The translations under genes were made by a program, and so were the position numbers. The notes beneath the pieces are model-generated. The model was not told the origin of the DNA. It ran no database searches and saw only the letters and a program-made list of their open reading frames with translations. Shown in pieces: positions 19,537-30,590 of a stretch of 62,933 nt of DNA. Origin of the DNA: Chloroflexota bacterium (GTDB taxonomy: Bacteria > Chloroflexota > Dehalococcoidia > UBA2247 > RBG-13-53-26); contig VGOE01000003.1 in assembly GCA_016876035.1 (NCBI GenBank), positions 1-62,933 of the forward strand. The letters are read 5' to 3'. How positions within the stretch are numbered: position 1 is the stretch's first letter; each line of letters starts with the position of its first letter.

Positions 19537-20750
19537 GGATTTCCGACTACGAGGCCATTGTTGGCCGCAGCACTATTGAGGAGTTACGGCTGCTGGCCAG
19601 CAAGCTCTCAGGAAAGGTAATCCAGAACATAAACTCCACCTTCAGTGGTGGTGGCGTGGCTGAGATTTTGAGCCGTATGGTGCCCCTTCTGGGGCAATTA
19701 GGAGTGAATGCTCACTGGAATGTTATTAAGGGCAGCGAGGAGTTCTTCCAGGTAACCAAGAAATTTCACAATGCCCTCCATGGCAGGGCAGAACAGATTT
19801 CCCCCCAGGACTTCTCTGTCTTTCTGGAAATAAGCGAGAAGAACATTCAGGAGTTGAGCCTGCAAGGAGACGTCATCTTCGTCCATGATCCCCAGCCGGC
19901 GGCACTCGTCAAAAGGAAGAAGGAGATAGGGAAGCAATGGATATGGAGATGTCATATCGACGTTTCCAGGCCTAACGAGGAAGTGTGGAACTTCCTCCTT
20001 CCCTTTGTAGTCCAGTATGATGCGGCAGTCTTCTCCTCTCCATCCTTCTCCCGTGAGCTTCCCATACGTCAGTTTCTCGTCTCACCGTCCATAGACCCCT
20101 TGAGCGACAAGAACAAGGAACTTCCCCAGGACGCCATTGATGCTGTCCTGTCCAAGTATGGCATCCCAAAGGATAAGCCAATAGTCACCCAGGTCTCCCG
20201 CTTCGACTATCTCAAGGATCCCGTGGGCGTCATTCAGGCTTTTAAGATGGTTAAGAAAAGCGTAGGCTCAACACTCGTGTTGGCTGGTGGCACTGCCACC
20301 GATGATCCTGGGTCAGACAAGGTGCTGGCTGAGGTAAAGGACAGAGCGGAGGGTGATCCCGATATCCATGTGCTGTTAATTCCGCCTGGTAGTGACATAG
20401 AGATCAACGCACTGCAAAGGGGTAGCACTGTGGTGGTGCAAAAATCATTGAAAGAAGGCTTCGGCCTCACTGTGAGCGAAGCCCTGTGGAAATCAAAGCC
20501 TGTGGTGGCCTCTGCCGTAGGGGGGATACCGCTTCAGGTGAAGAATAGATTCACCGGTCTCCTTTCCCACGGCATTGAAGGGACAGCCTATGCCATCAGG
20601 CAACTTCTTACCAATCAGGAGTATGCCAGGTGGCTAGGGCAGAACGGCAGGGAACATGTCAGGCAGAATTTTCTTATCACCCGTCACTTGAGGGACTACC
20701 TGCTCCTGTTCCACTCCCTCGGCCATCCTGAGGACGTTATCTATCTCTGA
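19533..20750 (+). CDS. treT: Trehalose glycosyltransferring synthase TreT (GT4); conserved N-terminus lacks a canonical start
   Basis: NINSTFSGGGVAEIL, FVHDPQP, WRCHID, QVSRFDYLKDP, EGFGLTVSEA. The homologous frame extends about 40 codons upstream of the track start 19656, to GTA at 19533. Confidence 0.85.
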   Translation, partial: VRISDYEAIVGRSTIEELRLLASKLSGKVIQNINSTFSGGGVAEILSRMVPLLGQLGVNAHWNVIKGSEEFFQVTKKFHNALHGRAEQISPQDFSVFLEISEKNIQELSLQGDVIFVHDPQPAALVKRKKEIGKQWIWRCHIDVSRPNEEVWNFLLPFVVQYDAAVFSSPSFSRELPIRQFLVSPSIDPLSDKNKELPQDAIDAVLSKYGIPKDKPIVTQVSRFDYLKDPVGVIQAFKMVKKSVGSTLVLAGGTATDDPGSDKVLAEVKDRAEGDPDIHVLLIPPGSDIEINALQRGSTVVVQKSLKEGFGLTVSEALWKSKPVVASAVGGIPLQVKNRFTGLLSHGIEGTAYAIRQLLTNQEYARWLGQNGREHVRQNFLITRHLRDYLLLFHSLGHPEDVIYL

Positions 20751-20871
20751 GGAACCTGTAGGTTGAGCACCTCGCTTCTGGAGAGATTTGACTTCGTGGG
20801 CGGCTGTGCTGGCTCCGGAGCGGTAAGGTCAGTTTTCAGACGTTAGAGGTCCGCCTAGCGAGTGATGAAGT

Positions 20872-23574
20872 ATGGAAAGTAACAATAAGCCGGCAAGATG
20901 GCATAACCTTGGTATCGAGGAGACCTTAAGAACCCTCGATTCGGATCCATCTGGTCTTTCGGAGACCGAAGCCCAGAAGCGACTGCATCAGTATGGGCCA
21001 AATGAGCTTACGGAAAAGGGCAAGACCTCGCCCTTCCTTGTTTTCTTGCGTCAATTCGCCAGCCCTCTCATCTATATCCTGCTTGTTGCCGCCGTAGTTG
21101 AACTGGCCGCCATGCACAAGCCTACCGACGCCGCCGTGATACTGGCTGTGGTCACCATCAATTCTATCATCGGTTTCGTGCAGGAGAGCCGCGCCGAACG
21201 GGCTATGGAAGCTCTCAAACGGCTGGCTGTGCCCCATGCCAAGGTGCTAAGGCAGGGTACCGTTACCAGGATTTCTGCCAGCCAGTTGGTCCCCGGTGAC
21301 GTCATTCTACTTGAAGCCGGAGACAAGGTTCCCGTGGACGCCAGGCTTATTGAGGCGGCCAATTTATCAGTGGACGAGTCCATCCTTACCGGCGAATCCG
21401 TTCCGGTGGAGAAATTCATCGGCGCTATTGATGGTGAGGCAACGGTAGCTGACATGGGCAATATGGCACACATGGGCTGTGCCGTGGTCAATGGCCGTGG
21501 AGTGGCCGTGGTCACTGCTACCGGCATGAATACCGAAATTGGGAAGATTACCGCCCGGGTGCAGGAGACCAAGCCCCCACCCACTCCCCTCCAGCGAAAT
21601 GTGGCGAGGCTGGGGCGCTATATCGGGATTCTGGTGCTCAGCATTATTGCAGTGCTTATCCTCATCGGGGTGGCTGAGGGGTATAGCCTTGAAGAGATGT
21701 TCACCCTGGCCGTAGCCGCCGCCGTTTCCGCCATTCCGGAAGGTCTCCCGGTCATGGTGACTGTAGTCCTGGCTTTGGGGATGAGACGAATGGCAAAAAG
21801 GCACGCCCTTATCCGGAAATTGACGGCGGTGGAGACAATGGGTGCCGTTACCGCCATATGCTCAGACAAGACGGGCACGCTAACCGAAAGCGAGATGACG
21901 CTTCGCCAGGTATACCTTTGTGGCAGGACGATAGAAATCACTGGGGCTGGATACCGCCCAGAGGGGGAGTTTCTGGAAAACGGTCAGAAAATTGACCCTC
22001 AAAAGGATGAAAGCCTTTCCCTGGCTCTTAGAATCAGCGCCTTGTGTAATGACTCGACGCTGAAATCAGATGGTGATAAGCACCAACTTCTTGGTGATCC
22101 CACCGAGGGAGCCTTACTGGTGGCTGCCCTTAAGGCGGGGTTGAGTCAGAAGGCATTGCAGGAGGAGCAGCCGCGACTGGCCGAACTGCCCTTCTCGAGC
22201 GAGAAGCGCTACATGGCAACTCTCCATCCCTGTCAGGATGGCCTGGCAGTGGTTTATGTGAAGGGGTCGGTAGACAAGGTGCTGGCGATGAGCCGGCGGA
22301 TACTCGAAAACGGGGTTCCACATGAACTATCCGCCGAGAAGAAGGATGATATTGAGCAGAAAAACCTGCAGATGGCATCGAAAGCGCTGCGAGTGATGGC
22401 GCTGGCTTATGCCGACTGTTCTCCTGCCCCGGAGCAGCTCTCTCATGAACATCTTGATGGCTCTCTGACCCTGGTTGCCCTGGTGGGAATGATTGATCCT
22501 CCCCGACAGGAGGCTAAGAAGGCGGTTGCCGACTGTAAACGCGCTGGTATTAAGGTAATGATGATAACCGGTGACCAGAAGGCGACGGCGGTAGCCATTG
22601 CCGAAGAACTTAGCCTTCCTCCTGGCGAAGCGGTGACCGGCCTGGAACTGGGCCAGATGAGTGATGAAGAACTCAACAACAGGGTAGAGCGCATCTCCGT
22701 CTTCGCCCGCGTTGAGCCTATACACAAACTGAGAATAGTCAATGCCATGAAGTCGAGGGGATATACTGTGGCTGTGACCGGAGATGGAGTGAATGATGGC
22801 CCTGCACTGAGAGCAGCCGATATCGGGATAGCCATGGGCATTAAAGGCACCGATGTGGCGCGTGAAGCTTCGGATATGGTGCTCACCGACGATAACTTTG
22901 CCTCCATCGTTGCTGCGGTGGAGGAGGGAAGGGTTATTTTCGGCAATATCCGTCGTTCTGTTTTCTATCTTCTGAGCACGAGTGCGGGTGAGATATTTAC
23001 CTGGCTCATCGCTATCTTGGCTGGTTTTCCCTTGCCCGTGGTCGCTGTCCAGATTCTGTGGATCAACCTGGTTACTGATGGTGTGTGCACCATACCGCTG
23101 GGTCTGGAACCCAAGCACAGTAACGTGCTGGAAGAACCGCCGCGGCGGCACAAGGCAGGAATCGTCTATAAGGGGATGCTGTGGAGAATCGCCTTTATTG
23201 CCCTGTTCATGTCCTTGGGGACCTTCCTCATCTTCCGGTGGGAGTTACCACGGGTGGGGCTGGAAGAAGCCCGGACAATTGCTTTCTGTATGCTGGTAGC
23301 TTTCCAGTGGTTCAACGCCCTCAACGCCCGTTCTGATCAGCAGTCTCTTTTCAAGCTGGGTCTATTCAGCAATCGCTTGCTTCTTGGTGGAATAGGGCTG
23401 GCTATCATACTGCAGGCAATGGTCATCTATGCCCCACCGTTCCAGAGGCTATTCCATACCGTGCCTTTAGGCTTCGGGGACTGGGGAGTCGTTGTTTTGA
23501 TGGCGGGTGGCATCTTGGTCATTGAAGAGCTACGCAAGTTAGTAGCTCCTCGGCTTTTCGTCCGTGGGAAATAG
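20872..23574 (+). CDS. Cation-transporting P-type ATPase (type IIA, Ca2+-like)
   Basis: LTGES, IPEGLP, CSDKTGTLT, KGS, MITGD, TGDGVND, QILWINLVTDG. Confidence 0.93.
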   Translation: MESNNKPARWHNLGIEETLRTLDSDPSGLSETEAQKRLHQYGPNELTEKGKTSPFLVFLRQFASPLIYILLVAAVVELAAMHKPTDAAVILAVVTINSIIGFVQESRAERAMEALKRLAVPHAKVLRQGTVTRISASQLVPGDVILLEAGDKVPVDARLIEAANLSVDESILTGESVPVEKFIGAIDGEATVADMGNMAHMGCAVVNGRGVAVVTATGMNTEIGKITARVQETKPPPTPLQRNVARLGRYIGILVLSIIAVLILIGVAEGYSLEEMFTLAVAAAVSAIPEGLPVMVTVVLALGMRRMAKRHALIRKLTAVETMGAVTAICSDKTGTLTESEMTLRQVYLCGRTIEITGAGYRPEGEFLENGQKIDPQKDESLSLALRISALCNDSTLKSDGDKHQLLGDPTEGALLVAALKAGLSQKALQEEQPRLAELPFSSEKRYMATLHPCQDGLAVVYVKGSVDKVLAMSRRILENGVPHELSAEKKDDIEQKNLQMASKALRVMALAYADCSPAPEQLSHEHLDGSLTLVALVGMIDPPRQEAKKAVADCKRAGIKVMMITGDQKATAVAIAEELSLPPGEAVTGLELGQMSDEELNNRVERISVFARVEPIHKLRIVNAMKSRGYTVAVTGDGVNDGPALRAADIGIAMGIKGTDVAREASDMVLTDDNFASIVAAVEEGRVIFGNIRRSVFYLLSTSAGEIFTWLIAILAGFPLPVVAVQILWINLVTDGVCTIPLGLEPKHSNVLEEPPRRHKAGIVYKGMLWRIAFIALFMSLGTFLIFRWELPRVGLEEARTIAFCMLVAFQWFNALNARSDQQSLFKLGLFSNRLLLGGIGLAIILQAMVIYAPPFQRLFHTVPLGFGDWGVVVLMAGGILVIEELRKLVAPRLFVRGK

Positions 23575-23840
23575 AGAGGAGAAGAGGGAGTGGTGATTCA
23601 CCGAGGGGCAATCCGTCAAGGATTGGCGGACTTCACCAAGAGAGAGCTTATGGTTCTGCTTCCCGTGGTATACGGAAGGCACAATCTGCCTGTATTGGCT
23701 GGCTTTCCTTTGGGGTTATCAAGCAACAGAATGGTAAAAATGTAGTAAGGAGGTCTTGTCTAGATTATAGAAGGTGGTAGAAATCTAACCGCTGGGTTGA
23801 CCAGACAAAGCCTGACCAACCCGGCCCCAGGAGTAAGGTT

Positions 23841-26441
23841 ATGGATATAAACAGATTTACGGAGAAGGCCCAGGAAGCTATTGCGGTTGCCCAGAAACTG
23901 GCAGCAGAAAGAAATCACACCCAGATTGAGGTGGTGCATTTGCTCTATGCTCTGGTTGACCAGGAGGGCGGTGTTGTTCCTCAAATCCTGGGCAAGCTGG
24001 GAGTGGATGCTGCTCAGGTTAAGCAACAGCTATCGGGCGAGCTACAGCGCTTACCGCGGGCCCATGAGCCAGCACGAGCCTTTCCGTCCCAAAATTTGGG
24101 CCAGGTCCTGGAAGGTGCTGAGAAAGAGGCGGCCACCTTCAAGGACGAGTACATCAGCACGGAACACTTGCTTCTGGCCATTGTGGAACTGGATGCTGGT
24201 GCTGCTGGCCGTCTGCTAAAGGGCTACGGGATAACCAGGGATCGCATTTACCAGGTGCTGGCCTCAATACGCGGCGGGCAGCGGGTGACAGATGCCAGCC
24301 CCGAAGGCAAATACCAGGCCCTGGAGAAATATGGCCGTGACCTGACCGAGATGGCCCGACGGGGCAAACTCGATCCGGTTATTGGACGGGATGATGAGAT
24401 CAGGCGGGTGATCCAGGTGCTGTCCCGACGTACCAAGAATAACCCTGTGCTCATTGGCGAGCCAGGGGTGGGTAAGACGGCGATTGCTGAGGGCCTGGCC
24501 CAGCGGATTGTGCGAGGTGATGTTCCCGAAGGTTTGAAGAACAAGCGGATTGTGGCTCTGGACCTGGGGGCACTGGTCGCAGGCTCCAAGTACCGTGGCG
24601 AGTTCGAGGAGAGGCTCAAAGCGGTGCTGAAGGAGATCCAGCAATCCGAAGGTCAGGTGGTAATGTTCATTGACGAACTGCATACGGTAGTGGGCGCTGG
24701 AGCGGCCGAAGGCGCTATCGATGCCTCCAACATGCTCAAGCCCATGCTGGCCCGCGGTGAGCTGCACTGCATTGGCGCTACCACCCTGGATGAGTACCGC
24801 AAGCACATAGAAAAGGATGCCGCTCTGGAGAGGCGCTTCCAGCCGGTGCTGATTGGCGAGCCTTCTGTAGAGGGCACCATCTCCATACTGCGTGGCCTGA
24901 AGGAGCGCTACGAAGTCCACCACGGCGTGCGCATCAAGGACTCTGCTCTGGTGGCCGCCGCGGTGCTGTCTCACCGCTACATCAGTGATCGCTTTCTGCC
25001 CGACAAGGCCATAGACCTGGTAGACGAAGCCGCTTCCAAGCTGCGCATCGAGATAGACAGCCTGCCAGCGGAACTGGACGAGGTGAACCGCCGCGTGATG
25101 CAGTTAGAAATTGAGAGAGAGGCCCTCAAGAAAGAGAAGGACGATGCCTCCCGAGATAGGCTGGCCGAGCTAGAGAAAGAGCTGGCCAATCTGAAGGAGG
25201 AGAGCACCCGTCTCAACGCTCAGTGGCAGGCGGAGAAAGAGGATATCCAGGCGTTGCAACAGCTTAAAGAGAGGATAGAGCAGGTTCGCCATCAGATAGA
25301 GCTTGCGGAGCGATCCGCCAACTATGAGCAGGCAGCCCAGTTGAAATACGGTGCGCTGGCGGAGATGGAAAGACAGTTAAAAGAGAAAGACGAGCAATTT
25401 TCGGCCAAGAAAGGGCAGCGTTTGCTGAAAGAGGAGGTGGATGAGGAGGATGTGGCTGAGGTAGTGTCCCGCTGGACGGGTATACCGGTGAGCCGTCTGA
25501 TGGAGGGTGAAATCCAGAAGCTGCTCCAGATGGAAGATCGGCTGCACCTCCGGGTAGTGGGCCAGGACGAAGCCCTGACGGCCGTGGCCAACGCCATCCG
25601 CCGCGCCCGGGCTGGCCTTCAGGACCCGAACCGGCCCCTGGGCAGCTTCATTTTCCTGGGGCCGACCGGCGTCGGCAAGACGGAGCTGGGGCGGGCGCTG
25701 GCGGAGTTCCTCTTTGATGACGAGCGGGCCATGGTGCGGCTGGATATGTCGGAGTACATGGAGAAACATACCGTCTCCCGCCTCATCGGTGCTCCTCCTG
25801 GATATGTGGGGTATGAGGAGGGGGGGCAACTGACCGAGGCGGTACGGCGCAAGCCTTACAGCGTCATACTGCTGGACGAGATAGAGAAAGCTCACCCAGA
25901 TGTCTTCAATGTGCTGCTTCAGATACTGGATGACGGTCGGCTGACTGACGGGCATGGCCGCACGGTGGACTTTCACAATACGGTGCTTATCATGACCAGT
26001 AACCTGGGCAGCCAGTGGATTGTAGACCTTGGCCCCGGTCAGGATGCGGAGATAAAGCGGCGGGTGATGGAGGCCCTGAAAGCCCAGTTCCGCCCCGAGT
26101 TTCTCAACCGGGTGGACGAGGTGATAATCTTCCATCAGCTCACGCGGGAACACCTGATGAAGATTGTGGATATCCAGCTTGCCAGCCTGAAGAAACGGCT
26201 GGCCGACCGGCACATTGACATCGAGCTTACGCCGGCAGCCAAAGAATTCCTGGTGAAAGAGGGCTATGATCCAGTCTACGGGGCGCGGCCCCTGAAGCGC
26301 ACTATCCAGCGTCTCGTTCTGGACCCTCTAGCGGTGGAAGTGCTGAGGGGCGGGTTCAAGGATGGTGACACGGTCGTCGTTGATGCCAAGCGGGGCAACG
26401 TTTCGTTTTCCAGAAAAAAGGAGGCGTCCGTCTCCGTGTGA
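23841..26441 (+). CDS. clpB: Disaggregase ClpB
   Basis: Clp-N repeats, GEPGVGKT, coiled-coil M domain, [19 protein letters not shown]. Confidence 0.97.
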   Translation: MDINRFTEKAQEAIAVAQKLAAERNHTQIEVVHLLYALVDQEGGVVPQILGKLGVDAAQVKQQLSGELQRLPRAHEPARAFPSQNLGQVLEGAEKEAATFKDEYISTEHLLLAIVELDAGAAGRLLKGYGITRDRIYQVLASIRGGQRVTDASPEGKYQALEKYGRDLTEMARRGKLDPVIGRDDEIRRVIQVLSRRTKNNPVLIGEPGVGKTAIAEGLAQRIVRGDVPEGLKNKRIVALDLGALVAGSKYRGEFEERLKAVLKEIQQSEGQVVMFIDELHTVVGAGAAEGAIDASNMLKPMLARGELHCIGATTLDEYRKHIEKDAALERRFQPVLIGEPSVEGTISILRGLKERYEVHHGVRIKDSALVAAAVLSHRYISDRFLPDKAIDLVDEAASKLRIEIDSLPAELDEVNRRVMQLEIEREALKKEKDDASRDRLAELEKELANLKEESTRLNAQWQAEKEDIQALQQLKERIEQVRHQIELAERSANYEQAAQLKYGALAEMERQLKEKDEQFSAKKGQRLLKEEVDEEDVAEVVSRWTGIPVSRLMEGEIQKLLQMEDRLHLRVVGQDEALTAVANAIRRARAGLQDPNRPLGSFIFLGPTGVGKTELGRALAEFLFDDERAMVRLDMSEYMEKHTVSRLIGAPPGYVGYEEGGQLTEAVRRKPYSVILLDEIEKAHPDVFNVLLQILDDGRLTDGHGRTVDFHNTVLIMTSNLGSQWIVDLGPGQDAEIKRRVMEALKAQFRPEFLNRVDEVIIFHQLTREHLMKIVDIQLASLKKRLADRHIDIELTPAAKEFLVKEGYDPVYGARPLKRTIQRLVLDPLAVEVLRGGFKDGDTVVVDAKRGNVSFSRKKEASVSV

Positions 26442-26484
26442 GGCGTCCTGAGCAGATTGGACTGTCTGTATTAGACGACAGTAG

Positions 26485-26507
26485 GGGAGGGGCTTGCCCC
26501 TCCCTTT
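26485..26507 (+). terminator. Probable intrinsic terminator after clpB
   Basis: GGGAGGGG-CTTG-CCCCTCCC followed by TTT. Confidence 0.6.
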
Positions 26508-26619
26508 CGTTATCTTGGTCTTGGTCGGAATACTCTATCGACACCGGATTCTTCAGCGCTCAGCTTACGCCTTTGCGTGGCAAGAATCCCACGCCCATTT
26601 TCTGGAAAACGCGGTTATC

Positions 26620-26628
26620 TGCTATAGT
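26620..26628 (+). promoter_or_regulatory. Extended -10 promoter for recD2
   Basis: TGcTATAGT, 23 nt upstream of GTG 26652. Confidence 0.45.
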
Positions 26629-26651
26629 AGTTGCTGCGGGGGATAAAACGT

Positions 26652-28862
26652 GTGGCCAAGAGCGTCAAGACGAGAGGCAGCGACGGCTCCAGCCTGGAAG
26701 GCGTCCTCGATCGGATAGTGTATTTCAATGAGGACAATAACTTCACTGTGGCCAAACTCCGCGTGGGCGACGGCCCGCAACTGGCCACCATAGTAGGAAA
26801 TATTCTGTCTCCCACCCCTGGCGAGACGCTGCGGGTGAAGGGGGAGTGGACCGTCGATCCCAAGTTCGGGAGGCAGTTCCGGGTGGAAAGCTGCCTTACG
26901 GTGCTGCCGTCAACCATCACCGGCATTGAGAAATACCTTAGCTCAGGGCTGGTGCCGGGTATTGGCCCGGAACTGGCCAGAAGGCTGGTAGCCACCTTTG
27001 GAATAGAGACCCTGGAGGCTATCGAGGAAGGCGTGCAGAGGATTCAGGAGGTGGATGGCATCGGGCCGGTGAGGGCACAGCGGATCGTCAAGGCCTGGCA
27101 GGGCCAGAAGCAGGTCAGGGACATCATGGTATTTCTTCAGGGGCATGGAGTAGGGCCTGCCTACAGCGCCAAGATATACAGAGCCTACGGCGATAAGGCT
27201 ATAGCGATAGTCAAGGAGAACCCCTACCGGCTGGCGCTGGACATCAGCGGTATCGGCTTCAAGACGGCGGACAGAATTGCCCGCGCTATGGGCATTGACC
27301 CTGCCTCCCAGACGAGGGCTGAGGCTGGCATCATCCACCTGCTCAATGAACTGGTCAGCGACGGGCACACCTATTGCCCTTACGAAGAGCTGATAGACCA
27401 GGCGGCTTCGATGCTGGAAGTGGAGAGAGAGGTTCTGGATAGGGCGCTGACATCGCTCTCCGTGCAGGGGCGGGTAGTAATTGAGGAGGGACAGGGGGAC
27501 AGGGCTGTGTACCTGACGCCGCTTCATGTGGCTGAAATGAACGTGGCCAGGAGGCTGACGGCCTTACTGAAGTGGCCCAAACAGCTTCCGCATCTTGATC
27601 TGGAAAGGGCTATTGAATCTGCGCAGCGGACTAGCGGCATAAAGCTGGCTGACATGCAAAGAGAGGCCTTGAGAAAAGCCATCCAGAAAAAGGCACTGGT
27701 GCTCACTGGGGGGCCGGGGACGGGGAAGACAACGCTGGTGAAAAGCCTTATTCAGATACTGGGGATTGGCGGGCAGCGCGTTGTGCTGGCCTCGCCTACG
27801 GGAAGGGCGGCTAAGAGGCTGTCAGAGGTCACCTGCATGGAGGCGAAGACCATCCATCGCCTGCTGGAGTACAGCCGCTCCGAGGGCGGTTTCAGGCGGA
27901 ACGAAGATAATCCTTTGAACGCTGACCTGGTTATAATCGATGAGGCGTCAATGCTGGACATCCTGCTCATGAATCACCTCTTGAAGGCCATACCGCCAGC
28001 AGCCAGCCTGCTACTGGTCGGGGACATTGACCAGCTTCCGTCGGTGGGGCCAGGCAACATATTGAAGGACATCATTGCTTCAGGATGCGTGGAGACGACC
28101 AGGCTCAATCACATTTTTCGACAGGCGCAGGAGAGTCTAATCGTGGTCAATGCACACCGGGTCAACAGCGGGAAGTTTCCTGAGATCAAGTCGGGCAAAG
28201 AGGAGGCCACCGATTTCTATTTCATTGAGAGGGAGGAGCCGGAAAAGGTGCTGGAGCTGGTGAAGGAACTTTGCGCTACCAGGCTGCCACGGGCTTTCAA
28301 CCTGAACCCCGTGGACGATATCCAGGTGATGACGCCGATGCACAAAGGCGTGGTGGGTGTTGCCAATCTGAACGCCGAACTTCAGAACCTCCTCAACCCC
28401 TCCGGGCGGGAAGTTGCCCGTGGGGGGAGGGTCTTCCGGATTGGCGACAAAGTGATGCAGATCAGGAACAACTACGATAAAGACGTCTACAATGGGGATA
28501 TTGGCCGCATAGAGACGATGAATTTGGAGGATCAAAGCCTCCAGGTCAGGTTTGAGGATAGGTCGGTGAGCTACGACTGGAACGAGCTGGATGAGCTGGT
28601 GCTGGCCTATGCCATCTCCATTCACAAGTCCCAGGGCAGTGAATATCCGGCGGTAATAGTGCCTATTCTGACCCAGCATTATGTTATGCTGCAGCGCAAT
28701 CTGCTGTATACAGCTATAACCAGAGGTAAGAAACTGGTGGTGCTGGTGGGCAACAAGCGCGCCATCTATATGGCTATTAAGAACAGCAAGGTACAGCACC
28801 GATATACCAACCTGGCGGCCCGACTGGGGGCCTGCGTGGGAGAGAGTGGCTTCAAGGGTTGA
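26652..28862 (+). CDS. recD2: ATP-dependent RecD-like DNA helicase RecD2
   Basis: N-terminal OB/HhH region, GGPGTGKTT, IIDEASM, VGDIDQLPSVG, AYAISIHKSQGSE, LYTAITR. Confidence 0.93.
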   Translation: MAKSVKTRGSDGSSLEGVLDRIVYFNEDNNFTVAKLRVGDGPQLATIVGNILSPTPGETLRVKGEWTVDPKFGRQFRVESCLTVLPSTITGIEKYLSSGLVPGIGPELARRLVATFGIETLEAIEEGVQRIQEVDGIGPVRAQRIVKAWQGQKQVRDIMVFLQGHGVGPAYSAKIYRAYGDKAIAIVKENPYRLALDISGIGFKTADRIARAMGIDPASQTRAEAGIIHLLNELVSDGHTYCPYEELIDQAASMLEVEREVLDRALTSLSVQGRVVIEEGQGDRAVYLTPLHVAEMNVARRLTALLKWPKQLPHLDLERAIESAQRTSGIKLADMQREALRKAIQKKALVLTGGPGTGKTTLVKSLIQILGIGGQRVVLASPTGRAAKRLSEVTCMEAKTIHRLLEYSRSEGGFRRNEDNPLNADLVIIDEASMLDILLMNHLLKAIPPAASLLLVGDIDQLPSVGPGNILKDIIASGCVETTRLNHIFRQAQESLIVVNAHRVNSGKFPEIKSGKEEATDFYFIEREEPEKVLELVKELCATRLPRAFNLNPVDDIQVMTPMHKGVVGVANLNAELQNLLNPSGREVARGGRVFRIGDKVMQIRNNYDKDVYNGDIGRIETMNLEDQSLQVRFEDRSVSYDWNELDELVLAYAISIHKSQGSEYPAVIVPILTQHYVMLQRNLLYTAITRGKKLVVLVGNKRAIYMAIKNSKVQHRYTNLAARLGACVGESGFKG

Positions 28863-29230
28863 CGGTTCAGTGTAGCGAGAACACAGCTCGGCGACATTGA
28901 ATGCCTTGCCTTATTTGTCCTGCGACACGTTAACTGCCTCTTGCGTCAGTCCTCCTTAAGCCCTATCTTACTTGCGCAGACGCATAGTAGAATCGCCTGC
29001 GATTGCGCCACGGGGTGAGAGACCAAAGGGGTGGCTGAGGTGAATCTGATCCAGCCACCCCATACCGCCGCCCATCATTCAGAAGTGCCAGGAGCGGCAA
29101 GAGCGTGATTTCAGCCAAAATCCCTTTCCCGCTGCTGGTCATTGACACTGTTTCTGTTGAGGCGCAACCACCAAGCCCAGCCCGTGTAACTGAGATTCAT
29201 GGAGATGGCAAGAGGTAAGGCAGACGGGGT

Positions 29231-29259
29231 TTGACATACCTCGTATGACGATGTATAGT
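29231..29259 (+). promoter_or_regulatory. Sigma70 promoter for SBP
   Basis: TTGACA 29231-36, N17, TATAGT 29254-59; contains CATAC-N3-GTATG and a repeated CGTATGA. Confidence 0.6.
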
Positions 29260-29351
29260 ACGTATGAATAGGAGCAAGGAAACAAAGTTGCACAGAGTAA
29301 TGATAGCGTGAACCACGTCAAGAAACAGCCTCATTGGCTAAAGAAGAAGAT

Positions 29352-30590
29352 ATGGCTGGCATAAGGGATAGGGCTGTAGCTTGCTTTCTGGTCTTAGTCC
29401 TACTGGTCACCTTTAGTTCTGGCTGCATCGGCAAAACTGAGGCAGGGCCGACTATCCGGATCGGGTACATTACGGATGTTACGGGACCAGGGGCACCGGT
29501 CCTCGTCCATTTCACCTTGTTGCTCGAAGATCTTGTCAGATATTACAATGATGAACACCTCATACCGGGGGCAAAGATAAAGGTCATCACCTGTGATACC
29601 AAGGCGGACGCCTCCAGGTATATACCTGCCTATGACCTGGTCAGGAAGCGAGGAGCACAAGTCATCGTCGTTTGTTTGCCGGACGCAGCGGAAATACTGG
29701 AACCCTTTGCCAAAAGAGACGGTGTACCATTAGCTGTCATGCCGAGCACTCAAACCTTGGTAGACCCACCGGGATGGGCCTTTTGCTTCTCATACCCTCC
29801 TGCCTATGCCATGAAGTCCCTACTGAAATGGATCAGTGAACAGCCTTGGGATTACTCGAAGGGGCCTCGCAAGATCGGCCTTGTAAGCTGGAATGAGCCT
29901 TACGCCGTAGATGGGGAGAAAGGAGTAAAAGACTATTGCCAGGCTCACACGGATCAGTTTCAGTACGTTGCTGGCTTGTTGTCTCCCATGGGAGCGATTA
30001 CGTGGTCTGGCGAGGTTAGAAAGGTAGAAAGCTGCGATTATGTGGTTATTCCCAACGTCCCTATGGCAATGGGCACTTTCGTGATAGAGTTTCGAGCTAA
30101 GAACACAAAGGCAGTCCTCATTGGCACAGATGCAGTAGCTGCCGCCCAAGACTACCTGGTTAAGATGTGCGGCTGGAAAGCCGTTGACGGATCCTTGGTT
30201 ATTAGTTTCACGCCGTTGTGGGGAGAGCGGTATTCGCTGGTCACAAAAGCCACGGAGATCCTGTACAGGTACCGCGCCGAAGCAGCCGATAAGATCATTA
30301 GTTCCGGCTTGGGGTACCTTGGCGGGTTCCACAGCATGTACACTTTCTTCGAGCTTTTGCGGGAGGCAGTTCGACGGGTGGGAATCCAGGACTTTGATGG
30401 TCAGGCTTTCTACAACAAAGCCGTAGACTTTGCCATAACCTGGGAGGGTTACCCGGAATGGGGCTTCACGCCGACAACGCGGTACGCGGTCAAACACACA
30501 GCGATATACAGATTCATGGCTATCCTGCAAAGTCCGGTAAGAGTTAGCGACTGGCTGCCAGTGATAGATGAGAGGGGTAGTGCTTCGTAA
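29352..30590 (+). CDS. Lipoprotein ABC-type solute-binding protein (LivJ/PBP1 fold), orphan
   Basis: Lipobox SSGC; IGYITDVTGPGA; W.GYPEWGF; paralog of 6212 and 33992. Confidence 0.8.
   Translation: MAGIRDRAVACFLVLVLLVTFSSGCIGKTEAGPTIRIGYITDVTGPGAPVLVHFTLLLEDLVRYYNDEHLIPGAKIKVITCDTKADASRYIPAYDLVRKRGAQVIVVCLPDAAEILEPFAKRDGVPLAVMPSTQTLVDPPGWAFCFSYPPAYAMKSLLKWISEQPWDYSKGPRKIGLVSWNEPYAVDGEKGVKDYCQAHTDQFQYVAGLLSPMGAITWSGEVRKVESCDYVVIPNVPMAMGTFVIEFRAKNTKAVLIGTDAVAAAQDYLVKMCGWKAVDGSLVISFTPLWGERYSLVTKATEILYRYRAEAADKIISSGLGYLGGFHSMYTFFELLREAVRRVGIQDFDGQAFYNKAVDFAITWEGYPEWGFTPTTRYAVKHTAIYRFMAILQSPVRVSDWLPVIDERGSAS

Noticed and set aside
22960-23100. P-type ATPase M5 STSAGE (Asn to Ser) as a new ion specificity
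   Set aside because: Site II residues (PEGL, N..TD) are intact, and site I variation is common in bacterial Ca pumps.
23750-23830. HAIR, CIRCE or CtsR box upstream of clpB (TAGATT..AATCTA; TTGACC..CTGACC)
   Set aside because: Spacing and sequence fit none of the consensus motifs.
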